DNA of 64,000 nucleotides from Kiloniellales bacterium (GCA_028280455.1 JANQLT010000186.1:9559-73558); one strand, 5' to 3'. Shown: positions 20,008-28,764, counted from the stretch's first letter. Translations and numbers: made by a program. The notes: generated by a model from the letters alone, not told the origin.

Positions 20008-22101
20008 ATGACCGCATCTTCCTTGCCGGACCAGGACCGGGGCGTGGGTCGGGCTTGGCGTATCGGCGTTGACGTGGGCGGAACCTTCACCGACCTCGTG
20101 CTGATGGAATCGGACGGCGCGCTCAGCGTGACCAAAGTGCCCTCGGTCCCCGGAGATCCCGGCGCCGGCGTCATGGCGGCGGTCACCGCTGCGGCGCAGG
20201 CGCGCAGTCTCTCGTCGGAAGAGTTACTCGCTGCTTGCGATATCTTCGTTCATGGCTCGACCATCGCCACGAACACCGTGCTCGAGCGCAAGGGCGCGCG
20301 CGTCGGGCTCCTGACCACCAAGGGCTTTCGCGACAGCCTCGAGATCCGTCGCGGCCTGCGTGCCGACCCCTGGCGGCACCGGGAGCCCTATCCCGATGTT
20401 CTGGTGCCGCGCCGCTTGCGCTGGCCCGTCGATGGGCGGATCGACCGCGACGGCGCCGAGGAGACGGCGCTGAGCGAAGCGGACGTGGCCGCGGCCGTCG
20501 CCCTGTTCCGCGAGGCCGGCGTCGAGGCGGTGGCCGTGGCCTTCTTCAACAGCTTCCTGAACACCCGTCACGAGCGCCGCGCGCGTGAGCTGCTTCAGCG
20601 AGACTGGGACATGCCGTGGGTTTCGCTCTCCGGGGAAATCTCGCCGACCATCGGCGAGTACGAGCGCAGCTCGACCGCTGTCGTGAACGCGTACATCGCG
20701 CCGCGCACGGTGGGTTATCTCACGCGTCTTACCGATCAGCTTGCCGCGGGAGGGCTGAGCCGACAGGTTCTGATGATGCAGAACAACGCCGGCACCGCGA
20801 CGCTTGCGCAGCTTGCGGAGCGGCCCGCGACCCTCTTGCTCTCGGGTCCGGCGGCAGCCGTGGGGGCGCTGGAGTTCTTTGCCGAGGCGGCCGGGTCGCG
20901 CGATCTGATCTCGATGGAGATCGGTGGCACGAGCTGCGATATTGCCATGATGGGCGGGGGCAAGGTTGAGTTGACGGATGCGCTCTCGATCGGCGGTTAC
21001 GACCTCGCGCTGCCCTCGGTCGATGTGCATACGATCGGCGCGGGTGGCGGGACCATCGCCGGTGTCGATGCAGGGGGGCTTCTCTTTGCCGGGCCTGCCG
21101 GCGCAGGCGCCGACCCGGGTCCCGCCTGCTATGGCAAGGGCGGCAGGCTACCGACCGCGACGGATGCGCAGGTGATCTTGGGACGGCTGTCGCCCGGTGC
21201 CTTTGCCGGCGGCAGCATCGAGATCGACGCCGCGCGCGCCCGTCACGCGATGGAAGAGCATGTCGGCGCACCTCTGGGCCTCGAGATCGGAGACGCGGCG
21301 GCCGGGGTGGTCCGGCTGCTGGAGCAGAAGCTGCTCCAAGGCATGCAGCGGATGAGCTCCGAGCGAGGCCATGATCCGCGGCGCTTCACGCTGGTGGCCT
21401 GCGGCGGCGCGGGGCCACTGCACGGTGCGTCGGTCGGGCGCAGGCTTGGGGTTGCGCGCGTCTTCGTCCCGAAGCTCGCCGGCGCTTTTTGCGCGCTCGG
21501 TCTGCTCAACAGCGATCTGCGCCAAGACTATGTGCGGGTTCATTTCACCGAGCTCGACCGTGCGGACTCCGCGACTCTGGATGGGATCTGGGCGGAGCTG
21601 ACAGCGGAGGCGGCCGCGACGCTGTCCGATTGCGGGCTTATCGACGGCGCCACCGCCTTCGAGCGCACGGCGGATCTGCGCTATCGGGGCCAGCAGTGGG
21701 ACGTGACCGTCCCGCTTGGGCTCGAGTTCGATGCGGCCGAGGTGCGCCTCCGCTTCGAGCGCGAGCACGAAAGACTCTTCGGTCACATCCAGCCGGACGG
21801 CGCCATCGAGATCACCAAGCTCAGGCTGTCGGGCATCGGCCGGGTCGAACGTCTGCGCGGGCGCCAGTCGGCCAGGGTACAATCGCGCCCCGCGCCCGCG
21901 ACAAGGCGCGAGCGGTCGGTGTGGCTCGACGAGATCCATGGCTGGCGCGAGGTTCCCGTCCACGACGAGGGTGAGCTCTTGTCCGGCCATAGCCTCGCCG
22001 GGCCCGTCATCGTCGAGGCGGCGACCACAACCGTTCTGGTCGGCGCCACGGACCGCCTCGAGGTCCTTGCCAGCGGGGATTACCTCATCCATGTCGACTG
22101 A
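20008..22101 (+). CDS. hyuA: Hydantoinase/oxoprolinase family subunit A, second copy
   Basis: WRIGVDVGGTFTDLV N-terminus. 697 aa. Collinear similarity to the 6680..8800 product. Confidence 0.9.
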   Translation: MTASSLPDQDRGVGRAWRIGVDVGGTFTDLVLMESDGALSVTKVPSVPGDPGAGVMAAVTAAAQARSLSSEELLAACDIFVHGSTIATNTVLERKGARVGLLTTKGFRDSLEIRRGLRADPWRHREPYPDVLVPRRLRWPVDGRIDRDGAEETALSEADVAAAVALFREAGVEAVAVAFFNSFLNTRHERRARELLQRDWDMPWVSLSGEISPTIGEYERSSTAVVNAYIAPRTVGYLTRLTDQLAAGGLSRQVLMMQNNAGTATLAQLAERPATLLLSGPAAAVGALEFFAEAAGSRDLISMEIGGTSCDIAMMGGGKVELTDALSIGGYDLALPSVDVHTIGAGGGTIAGVDAGGLLFAGPAGAGADPGPACYGKGGRLPTATDAQVILGRLSPGAFAGGSIEIDAARARHAMEEHVGAPLGLEIGDAAAGVVRLLEQKLLQGMQRMSSERGHDPRRFTLVACGGAGPLHGASVGRRLGVARVFVPKLAGAFCALGLLNSDLRQDYVRVHFTELDRADSATLDGIWAELTAEAAATLSDCGLIDGATAFERTADLRYRGQQWDVTVPLGLEFDAAEVRLRFEREHERLFGHIQPDGAIEITKLRLSGIGRVERLRGRQSARVQSRPAPATRRERSVWLDEIHGWREVPVHDEGELLSGHSLAGPVIVEAATTTVLVGATDRLEVLASGDYLIHVD

Positions 22102-23878
22102 CACCGCGTGTCCCGCCCAAGCCCGGCTCGACCCGATCACCCTCGCGCTGGTGCAGAACCGGCTCGACTACATTTCGTGCCAGATGGGCTGGGTCATGGT
22201 ACGAACCGCGCGTAGCCCGATCTTCAACCAGTCGCACGACTTCTCGTGCTTCGTCACGGACCGCCTGGGAACGCTGGTTTCCCAGGCGGATGGGATCCCG
22301 ATCCACACCGGCGGCGGCGGTTTCGCGGTGCGCGCCATCCTCGAGCGTTTCGCCGAGGCCGGGATTTCCGAAGGGGACGTCTTCCTGCTGAACGATCCCT
22401 ACGTCGCCGGCGGCAACCACCTGCCGGACTGGGTGATCGCGCGTCCGGTGTTCTCCGGCGGGCGGCTCATCGCCTTCACCTGCAATCGCGCGCATCAGTC
22501 CGATATCGGCGGCGGGGTCGCGGGCACCTACAATCCCCTGGCGACCGAGATCTTCCACGAGGGGGTCCGCCTGCCGCCGCTCCGTCTCGTCGAGGCCGGG
22601 GACATCCGCGAGGACCTGTGGGAGCTCCTGCTGATCAACACCCGCACGCCCGACCTGCTCGACGGCGACCTGCGCGCCATGCTCGGCTCCACGCGCATCG
22701 GCGAGCAGCAGGTGCGGGAGCTGGCCGAGAGCCTGCGCCCCGAAGCGGTCGAGCCCTTCTTCGAGGGGCTGCTCAACCATGCCGATAAAAGCCTGAGGGC
22801 CGCCGTCGCCGCGCTTCCGGACGGCGTCTACCGGGGCGAGGAGCGCTTCGACAATGATTGTTTCGAGCCCATGGACATCCCCATCAGGCTTGCCGTCGCC
22901 GTCAGCGGCGAGCGGCTGAGGGTCGATTTTACCGGCACCGCGCCGCAGATGCGCGGCTTCAAGAACTCGTCGCTCGCCAACACCTATTCGGCGGTCTACG
23001 CGGCCTTGCTGTCCTTCTTCGACCCCGACATACCGCGCAACGAGGGCACGTTCCGTTGTGTCGAGATCGTTGCGCCGAAGGGCACCATCGTGAACGCCTT
23101 GCCGCCGGCACCGGTCACGATGTGCACCGTCTTTCCGGCGCACGAGATCATGCACGCCTGCTGGTGGGCGCTGGGTCAGGCCGCACCGGCCCGTGCCTGC
23201 GCGGGCTGGGGCAAGAACTCCTTTCCCAACAGTTCCGGCCTACACAAGAATGGCTTGACCTGGGTGCTCTACCACTGGATTGGCCTATCGGGGGCCGGCG
23301 CGGTGGCCGGACGGGATGGCTTCAATCAGATAGGTCCCATCGTGACGCTTGGCGGGCTCTCCCTGCCCAACTCCGAGACCTATGAGCAACTCTATCCGGT
23401 GAAGGTGCGACAGCAGGAGTTTCGTTGCGACGGCGGCGGTGCGGGCGAGTTTCGCGGCGGCACCGGGGTGGACTCCATCATCGAGCTGGAGACGGATGTG
23501 GAATTCTCCTTCAGGTCCGAGGGCGCGAGCCGTCCGACCGGCCTCGGTGTCAACGGCGGCCTCGACGGCCAACAGGCTAGCCTGGGGGTGGAAGAGCGGA
23601 GCGGGGAAGCTTGGACGCCGCCGGTCTATGGCGTGCGCCGTGCCGGCCCGGCGCGCCTCGCCATATCGTCTCCGGGCGGCGGCGGTTTCGGCGACCCGCT
23701 CGCCCGCGATCCCGGGCGGGTCTTGCGCGACGTTCTGGACGGGACCGTGAGCCCGACCGCGGCGCACGATCTTTACGGCGTGGTTCTGCGTTCGAGCGGC
23801 GACGAGCTAGACGGCGAGGCGACCGCCAGGCGGCGGGCGGCACTGGCAGAGCGGACAGGGAGCGTGGCCAAGGGATAG
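22091..23878 (+). CDS. hyuB: Hydantoinase/oxoprolinase family subunit B, second copy
   Basis: ATG at 22091 overlaps the hyuA stop. N-terminus ...LDPITLALVQNRLDYISCQMG. 595 aa. The upstream part of ORF 21716.. overlaps hyuA out of frame. Confidence 0.9.
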   Translation: MSTDTACPAQARLDPITLALVQNRLDYISCQMGWVMVRTARSPIFNQSHDFSCFVTDRLGTLVSQADGIPIHTGGGGFAVRAILERFAEAGISEGDVFLLNDPYVAGGNHLPDWVIARPVFSGGRLIAFTCNRAHQSDIGGGVAGTYNPLATEIFHEGVRLPPLRLVEAGDIREDLWELLLINTRTPDLLDGDLRAMLGSTRIGEQQVRELAESLRPEAVEPFFEGLLNHADKSLRAAVAALPDGVYRGEERFDNDCFEPMDIPIRLAVAVSGERLRVDFTGTAPQMRGFKNSSLANTYSAVYAALLSFFDPDIPRNEGTFRCVEIVAPKGTIVNALPPAPVTMCTVFPAHEIMHACWWALGQAAPARACAGWGKNSFPNSSGLHKNGLTWVLYHWIGLSGAGAVAGRDGFNQIGPIVTLGGLSLPNSETYEQLYPVKVRQQEFRCDGGGAGEFRGGTGVDSIIELETDVEFSFRSEGASRPTGLGVNGGLDGQQASLGVEERSGEAWTPPVYGVRRAGPARLAISSPGGGGFGDPLARDPGRVLRDVLDGTVSPTAAHDLYGVVLRSSGDELDGEATARRRAALAERTGSVAKG

Positions 23879-23911
23879 GTCCGCGTCCCCTATTCGGCCC
23901 ATCGCTCGGCC

Positions 23912-24420
23912 TATGACTGGCTGCCGGTGCCCATCATGTCGATTCGCAGCGGCGACGGCGCGCGCGCGCTGCTGGTCGGCGACCGGGTCCACGAGACCAC
24001 CCTGTCCGGCGAGGCTCTGCCCAAGGACATCGTCTACGTCAGCACGGGGCCGGGCGGATCACGCCCTGGATTCGCGAAATGGGCGATCAGAGCCTGAAGC
24101 GCTGTCTGAAGTTCCTCGGCATCCTGCCCGACAGCTTCCCGACCGAGGCCCCCAAGTTCCAAACTCGTATGATGAACATGCAGACCGAGGAGAACTACGT
24201 CTTCGCTTACGAAGAGGGCATGTTCGAGCCGCGGGTGGAGGTCGGAGACGAGGTCGAGGACGGTCAGTTCGCCGACTACATCTGGAACGTGAAGCAGCCT
24301 TGGAAGGAGCCGACGGAGCTCACCTTCAAGCGCGGCGGCGTGGTCTTCACCAAGCGTCACCCGGCACTCTGCCAGATTGGCGACACCTTGTTCTTCACCC
24401 TGAACGCATACCAGGACTAG
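23912..24420 (+). pseudogene. Internally deleted / frameshifted succinylglutamate desuccinylase-aspartoacylase (AstE/AspA) family gene
   Basis: An N-terminal-like piece (LPVPIMSIRSGDGARALLVG...) ends in a stop at about 24094. A different frame (24079..24420) encodes the typical family C-terminus (LKFLGILP...YVFAYEEGMFEPRVEVGDEVEDGQ...GGVVFTKRHPALCQIGDTLF). The central metal-binding core is missing. Confidence 0.45.
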
Positions 24421-24808
24421 GGTCGCCGCACGGCCGTGCGACGTCGTACCAAAGTAGGGTTCGACAATCGCCCGGTTCCATGGTTGTCGCCATGGGCCGA
24501 CCAGCCGGCGATCCCATAAGAGGCATTGGCACCGGCGCGATTGAGTTGCTGGATCGGGTCGTACTCCTTTGCCCGTTTTCTATGTTGGACCCCTTTGGCA
24601 TCAAGGTTCTGGCGGGTCATGGGTGCGGTTGATAGATTGCGCCCATGAGTTTGAGTGATAGCCACCGGCACGCTGGCGCGTACCGGCTTGCCGTTGCGTC
24701 CATGATGGATTGGACGAAGAGATCAAGTATTATAGATGCTTAGGTGGGTGCGTGTGCATCTTCTGTGCATCTGGAGAGCCGGGGAAATCCACGATAGTCC
24801 AAATTCAA

Positions 24809-24856
24809 AGGCTCATAACCTGAAGGTCGCAAGTCCAAATCCTGCCCCCGCAACCA
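24809..24856 (+). other. Orphan, slightly decayed 3' half of an initiator-type tRNA-Met (anticodon loop to CCA); not a functional tRNA
   Basis: AGGCTCATAACCTGAAGGTCGCAAGTCCAAATCCTGCCCCCGCAACCA. It has a CAT anticodon loop, variable region, T-arm (2 substitutions versus GCAGG-TTCAAAT-CCTGC) and acceptor 3' strand plus CCA. No matching 5' acceptor or D-arm lies upstream. A hairpin at 24869..24895 follows. Confidence 0.6.
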
Positions 24857-25013
24857 ACGCGAAACTCGGAAGGCCGCCCCTTGGGGTGGCCTTTCTTAGT
24901 CGCGGCCTTGCCCTCGGGCTCGACCCGAGGGCCCAGAGACCAATCACGCTCGTGGCTATGTTGGTTTCCGGGTCCGGACATGAGCCTGCAACCAACTGCG
25001 GTTCCGAGCTACG

Positions 25014-26456
25014 TCAGGCGACCTTGATCACCGCGCCCATGCCCGCTTCATGGTGCTCCAGGATGTGGCAGTGGAAGAGCCAGCCGCCGGGGTTGTCGGC
25101 GACGAAGGCGATCTCGACGGTCTCGTCCAGGTGCATCAGGACCGTGTCGAGCCAGGGCCGGCGGGGCACCGGGGTGCCGTTGCGGGACAGCAGGCGGAAG
25201 GCGTGGCCGTGGAGGTGCATGGGGTGGTCCCAGCCCGTGTCGTTGCGGATCACCCAGCGGTAGCTCCGGCCCAGCGACAAGGTGAACATCGGCTCCATCA
25301 AGGGGCTGTCGAAGGCCACGCCATTGAGGGCCCAGGCCTTGCGATGCTCGCGCCAGAGCTTGCGCGCCGGGTAGACCTCGCCGCGAAAGCTGGCCTCCTC
25401 CATGAAGCCGCGCGCGCCGCCTTCGATCAGGACCTCTTGGGTCTCGGCCTCTTGCAGGTCCGGTTCGGGGATGGGATTGGCGGCGAGCTCGATGGGCGCC
25501 TCCAGCGGGGCATCGCGGAGCGGCGCGTCCTGGCTGTAGCGGAAGGTGAAGAGGCCTTGCGGCCCGTCACCGTAGTAGTCGTCGCGCACCGCATGGCTGT
25601 CGCCGGGCTGGCCGGTCATATCCAGGATCAGATCGGCGCGCATGGCGGAGCCGAGGAGCAGGCGATCGTCGGCCAAGCCGTGGGGCGCCACGGGCTGGCC
25701 GTCGTAGGCGATGACCTGCGGGCTCAGGCCGCCGAAGTTGACGGCGAACACGCGGGCGTTGGCGACGTTGAGCAGCCTGAGACGGAGCCGCTCTCCGGCG
25801 CGGACCGCGACATCGCCGGGCGCCGCGCTGTTGACGGTCACGAAGTTTCCCATGCGGCCCTCGTGGCTGAGGTCGTGGCGATGGCCGAAGTCCTCGTGGA
25901 TCGTGCCGTCGTCCTTCAGGCGCCAGTCGTCCAGCACGAGGAGCAGCTCGCGGTCGACCCGAGGCGGCTCCGGCTCATCGACCACGATGACGCCGTAGAG
26001 GCCGCGGTCGAGCTGCTCCGTCGTCCGCAGGTGCGGGTGATACCAGAAGGTCCCGGCATCGACGGCGTCGAAGTCATAGAGAAAGGAGGTTCCCGGCTCG
26101 ATCGGCTCTTGAGTCAGGAAGGGCACGCCGTCCATCGGGTTGGGCATCCGCATCCCGTGACAGTGGACCGTGGTGGCTTCGTCGAGATCGTTGTGCAGCT
26201 CGAACTGCAGGCGCTCGCCTTGGCGCACGCGCAGCAGGGGGCCCGGGACCTGTCCGCCATAGGCGAGAACCGGGGTCGCGCCCCGCTCCGGGTCGAGCGT
26301 GATGCTGGCCGGCCCCGCCGTGATCGCGGTCGCTGCCGCCGCCGCCCTGGGAAAAGCGCAGAGGCCCATGAGGCTCACGCTGGCGCCGGCAGCGAGAAAC
26401 TGGCGGCGATCGAGACGGGGAAGCCCCAGGCGCTGCGCGCCGCGTCGGATTGTCAT
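25014..26456 (-). CDS. Tat-exported three-domain multicopper oxidase
   Basis: ATG at 26456 (MTIRRGAQRLGLPRLDRRQFLAAGAS, twin-Arg leader). Copper motifs HCHGM, WYHPH, HPMHLHGH and HCHILEHHEAGM. The first 240 codons of ORF ..27176 are an Arg/Pro-rich artefact overlapping the fnr-like gene. Confidence 0.88.
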   Translation of the reverse strand: MTIRRGAQRLGLPRLDRRQFLAAGASVSLMGLCAFPRAAAAATAITAGPASITLDPERGATPVLAYGGQVPGPLLRVRQGERLQFELHNDLDEATTVHCHGMRMPNPMDGVPFLTQEPIEPGTSFLYDFDAVDAGTFWYHPHLRTTEQLDRGLYGVIVVDEPEPPRVDRELLLVLDDWRLKDDGTIHEDFGHRHDLSHEGRMGNFVTVNSAAPGDVAVRAGERLRLRLLNVANARVFAVNFGGLSPQVIAYDGQPVAPHGLADDRLLLGSAMRADLILDMTGQPGDSHAVRDDYYGDGPQGLFTFRYSQDAPLRDAPLEAPIELAANPIPEPDLQEAETQEVLIEGGARGFMEEASFRGEVYPARKLWREHRKAWALNGVAFDSPLMEPMFTLSLGRSYRWVIRNDTGWDHPMHLHGHAFRLLSRNGTPVPRRPWLDTVLMHLDETVEIAFVADNPGGWLFHCHILEHHEAGMGAVIKVA

Positions 26457-26470
26457 CGGTCCAACTCCCC

Positions 26471-27259
26471 CTATGCTGTGCGGGCGGCTCCCGGCCTGCC
26501 GGCCTTTGCGAGATCGGTGAGGGCCCTTCGGTCGAGGATGTGGAGCCTGCGTCGGTTGACCAGGGCGATCAGTCTGCTTGCCTTGAGGCGTGCCAGGGCG
26601 CGGCAGACGGTCTCGGTGCGGATGCCGATGTAGTCGGCGATAACGCTGCGGGTCATCGGCAGCTCCAGCCCCTGCCGAGGCGTCTGGCGGCCATGGTTCC
26701 GCGCGGCGAAGTCGAGCAGGAACCAGGCCAGTCTCTGGTCGACCTCCTTGTGGGTGAGGAGCGCCGCGTGCTGGTAGCTCTCCGCCATCTGCATCGCCGC
26801 GACGTCGAACAAGAGGTCCGTGAACTCCCGGCCGTGTTCGGACAGCTCGGACAGCTCCTCGAAGCGGATCTGGCAGGTCGAGGAGGCACAAAGCGCGGTG
26901 GTGGTCACGGGCCACTGGAAGAGCTGTCGTTGCGGCATGACGAGCTCGCCGGGATAGCGGAAGCCGACCACGCTCGAGTGACCGCTGGGCGACCGGTGGG
27001 TCAGGGCCACCGCGCCCTTGGTGACCACGATCAGCGCATGGGCCGGCTCGCCCTGCCTGCCGATGACGTCGCCGCCGGGCACGGCGTCGCGCCTCGCGAC
27101 GGTCGATAGGCTGTGTCGGCAGGGCGTGCTCAGGCTGGCACAGAAGCCGAAGCGACCCGAGGGACAAGCGCCGCACCGCCGGCTCGCCGGAGCGCGGGTG
27201 GGCGGCTGAAGGACATCGCCGGATCGGGTGTCAGGCTTCCACACGGAGCGCACCCTCAT
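26471..27259 (-). CDS. Crp/Fnr-family regulator with an N-terminal Cys cluster (FnrP/FnrL/FnrN-like O2 sensor)
   Basis: CGACPSGRFGFC (C-x2-C-x7-C) plus a central Cys (ALCASSTC). cNMP-type beta-roll. HTH MTRSVIADYIGIRTETVCRALARL. 14 nt upstream of the oxidase gene. Confidence 0.85.
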   Translation of the reverse strand: MRVRSVWKPDTRSGDVLQPPTRAPASRRCGACPSGRFGFCASLSTPCRHSLSTVARRDAVPGGDVIGRQGEPAHALIVVTKGAVALTHRSPSGHSSVVGFRYPGELVMPQRQLFQWPVTTTALCASSTCQIRFEELSELSEHGREFTDLLFDVAAMQMAESYQHAALLTHKEVDQRLAWFLLDFAARNHGRQTPRQGLELPMTRSVIADYIGIRTETVCRALARLKASRLIALVNRRRLHILDRRALTDLAKAGRPGAARTA

Positions 27260-27312
27260 CGTCTCCCGTTCTGCCTGTCCGACGATGCTACGCCGACCCG
27301 GCGGGCCGCAAC

Positions 27313-27326
27313 TTGACCCCGGTCAA
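27313..27326. promoter_or_regulatory. FNR/DNR-type box TTGACcccgGTCAA
   Basis: A perfect inverted repeat between the divergent fnr-like (ATG 27259) and trpD2-like (ATG 27387) genes. Confidence 0.6.
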
Positions 27327-27386
27327 GGCGGACTCGGCGCAGACTCGCTGGGATCTGAGCCGATAGAACAGTCTTGGACGGCCAGC

Positions 27387-28460
27387 ATGCAGGCAACATC
27401 GTCGATCGCCGACAGGGCGGACCGTGAAGTGACGCCGGCCAGCGACCGGCGGTCGGCCCAGGCCGGCACGGCGGCCCATCCCTTCAGCCATTTCCTCCGC
27501 ATCGTCGGCCGCGGCGCGACGCTCTCGCGCAGCCTGACGATGGACGAGGCCGCCGCGGCCATGGGCATGATCCTCGACGGCGAGGTCGAGCCGGTTCAGC
27601 TCGGCGCCCTTCTGCTGGTGCTGCGCTATCGCAAGGAAACGCCCGAGGAGCTCGCCGGCTTCGTCCAGGCGGCCCGGCAGCGCCAGGGCCCGATCCCCTT
27701 CCTGGGCGTCGACCTCGATTGGCCGTCCTATGCCGACCGCCACCGGCAGCGTCCCTACTTCCTGCTGGCCGCTCTGCTCCTGGCCCAGAGCGGCCTGCGG
27801 ATCGCGATCCACGGCATCCCCGGCGAGGGACCGGCCACGACTCCGGCAACCCTCGAGGCCTTCGGGCTCGGCGCTTCCGAGACTCCGCAGGAAGTCGTCG
27901 CCGCCTTGGACCGGCGCGGGCTCGCCTACCTGCCGCTGACGGCAGTCTGCCCGTCCCTAGACCGGCTCTTCGCGCTCCGGCCCCTGCTCGGCCTGCGCTC
28001 GCCGGCCAACACCTTCGCGCGCGAGCTCAACCCTTGCGCGGCCCCCTTCCAGCTCCAGGGCGTCTTCCATCCGACATACCTGGAGACCCATCAGGAGACG
28101 GCCCGCTTGCTCGGTCAGCCCGCGGTGGCGGTCTTCAAGGGCGGCGGCGGGGAGGTGCAGCGCAACCCGGCGAAGCCCTGCCGCGCCGCCATGCTGACCG
28201 ACGGCCAGCCCCACGAAGAGTACTGGCCGGCGCTGACGGCCGGCGAGGCCTACGCCTGGCGCGAGGAAGACCTGGCGCCGCGCCATGTCGTCGATCTCTG
28301 GCGCGGCGACTGGACGGCTGCGAGCCCGGTCGCGGCGATCGTCGGCACCGCGGCCATCGCGCTCAAGCTGACGGGCCGCGCTAGGACCCAGGAAGACGCC
28401 GAGCGCCAGGCGCGCGAGCTCTGGGAGTCGCGCGACAAGAGCGCCTTCCCGATTCACTAG
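27387..28460 (+). CDS. Glycosyl transferase family 3 / anthranilate phosphoribosyltransferase-like protein (TrpD2/YbiB-like)
   Basis: ATG at 27387. N-terminal helical domain LTMDEAAAAMGMILDGEVEPVQLGALLLVLRYRKETPEELAGFV is typical of the TrpD fold. No other trp genes are nearby. Confidence 0.72.
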   Translation: MQATSSIADRADREVTPASDRRSAQAGTAAHPFSHFLRIVGRGATLSRSLTMDEAAAAMGMILDGEVEPVQLGALLLVLRYRKETPEELAGFVQAARQRQGPIPFLGVDLDWPSYADRHRQRPYFLLAALLLAQSGLRIAIHGIPGEGPATTPATLEAFGLGASETPQEVVAALDRRGLAYLPLTAVCPSLDRLFALRPLLGLRSPANTFARELNPCAAPFQLQGVFHPTYLETHQETARLLGQPAVAVFKGGGGEVQRNPAKPCRAAMLTDGQPHEEYWPALTAGEAYAWREEDLAPRHVVDLWRGDWTAASPVAAIVGTAAIALKLTGRARTQEDAERQARELWESRDKSAFPIH

Positions 28461-28503
28461 GGCGCTACCGGATCGGTTGGCATCGCCGACGCACGGCCTA
28501 AGG

Positions 28504-28657
28504 GAAACGAACCGCCCCCTCACCCAGCTCCGGCTAGGCTCGGCTGCGCCTCGCCAAGCCTGCGCAACCCTCTCCCCCGTCGGGGGAGAGGGCGTGGAGG
28601 CTTAGCGAAGCCGGAGGCTGAGCGTAGCCGGAGCTGGGTGAGGGGGCAGGTCGTTTC
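28504..28657. repeat. ~154-bp palindromic REP/MITE-like element, copy A
   Basis: Outer arms GAAACGAACCGCCCCCTCACCCAGCTCCGGCTA / TAGCCGGAGCTGGGTGAGGGGGCAGGTCGTTTC. Central hairpin CCCTCTCCCCCGTCGGGGGAGAGGG. It sits between convergent genes. Confidence 0.85.
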
Positions 28658-28764
28658 GACATCGAAGACCACAGTCATAAGCGGCAATAGCCAGAGTGCC
28701 AACGGACGAGCGGCAATCGACGGAGCGTTACCGGATTGGCGGACCGGCGTCATCCGATTTGCGG

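Noticed and set aside
24736-24856. A possible intact tRNA-Met gene
   Set aside because: Only the 3' half is present. The upstream sequence offers no complementary acceptor 5' strand (expected TGCGGGG) or D-arm. The anticodon stem pairs only 3 of 5, and the T-arm carries two disruptive changes.
25014-26456. Copper nitrite reductase (NirK) as the identity of the multicopper protein
   Set aside because: It has the four-motif pattern and ~480-aa length of a three-domain laccase/CueO-type MCO, not the two-domain ~340-aa NirK ligand pattern. The island already encodes NirS.
26457-27176. A 240-codon N-terminal extension of the multicopper oxidase ORF (25014..27176)
   Set aside because: It is an Arg/Pro/His-rich low-complexity translation that overlaps the well-supported fnr-like gene in another frame. 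The Tat leader and a sensible ATG occur at 26456.
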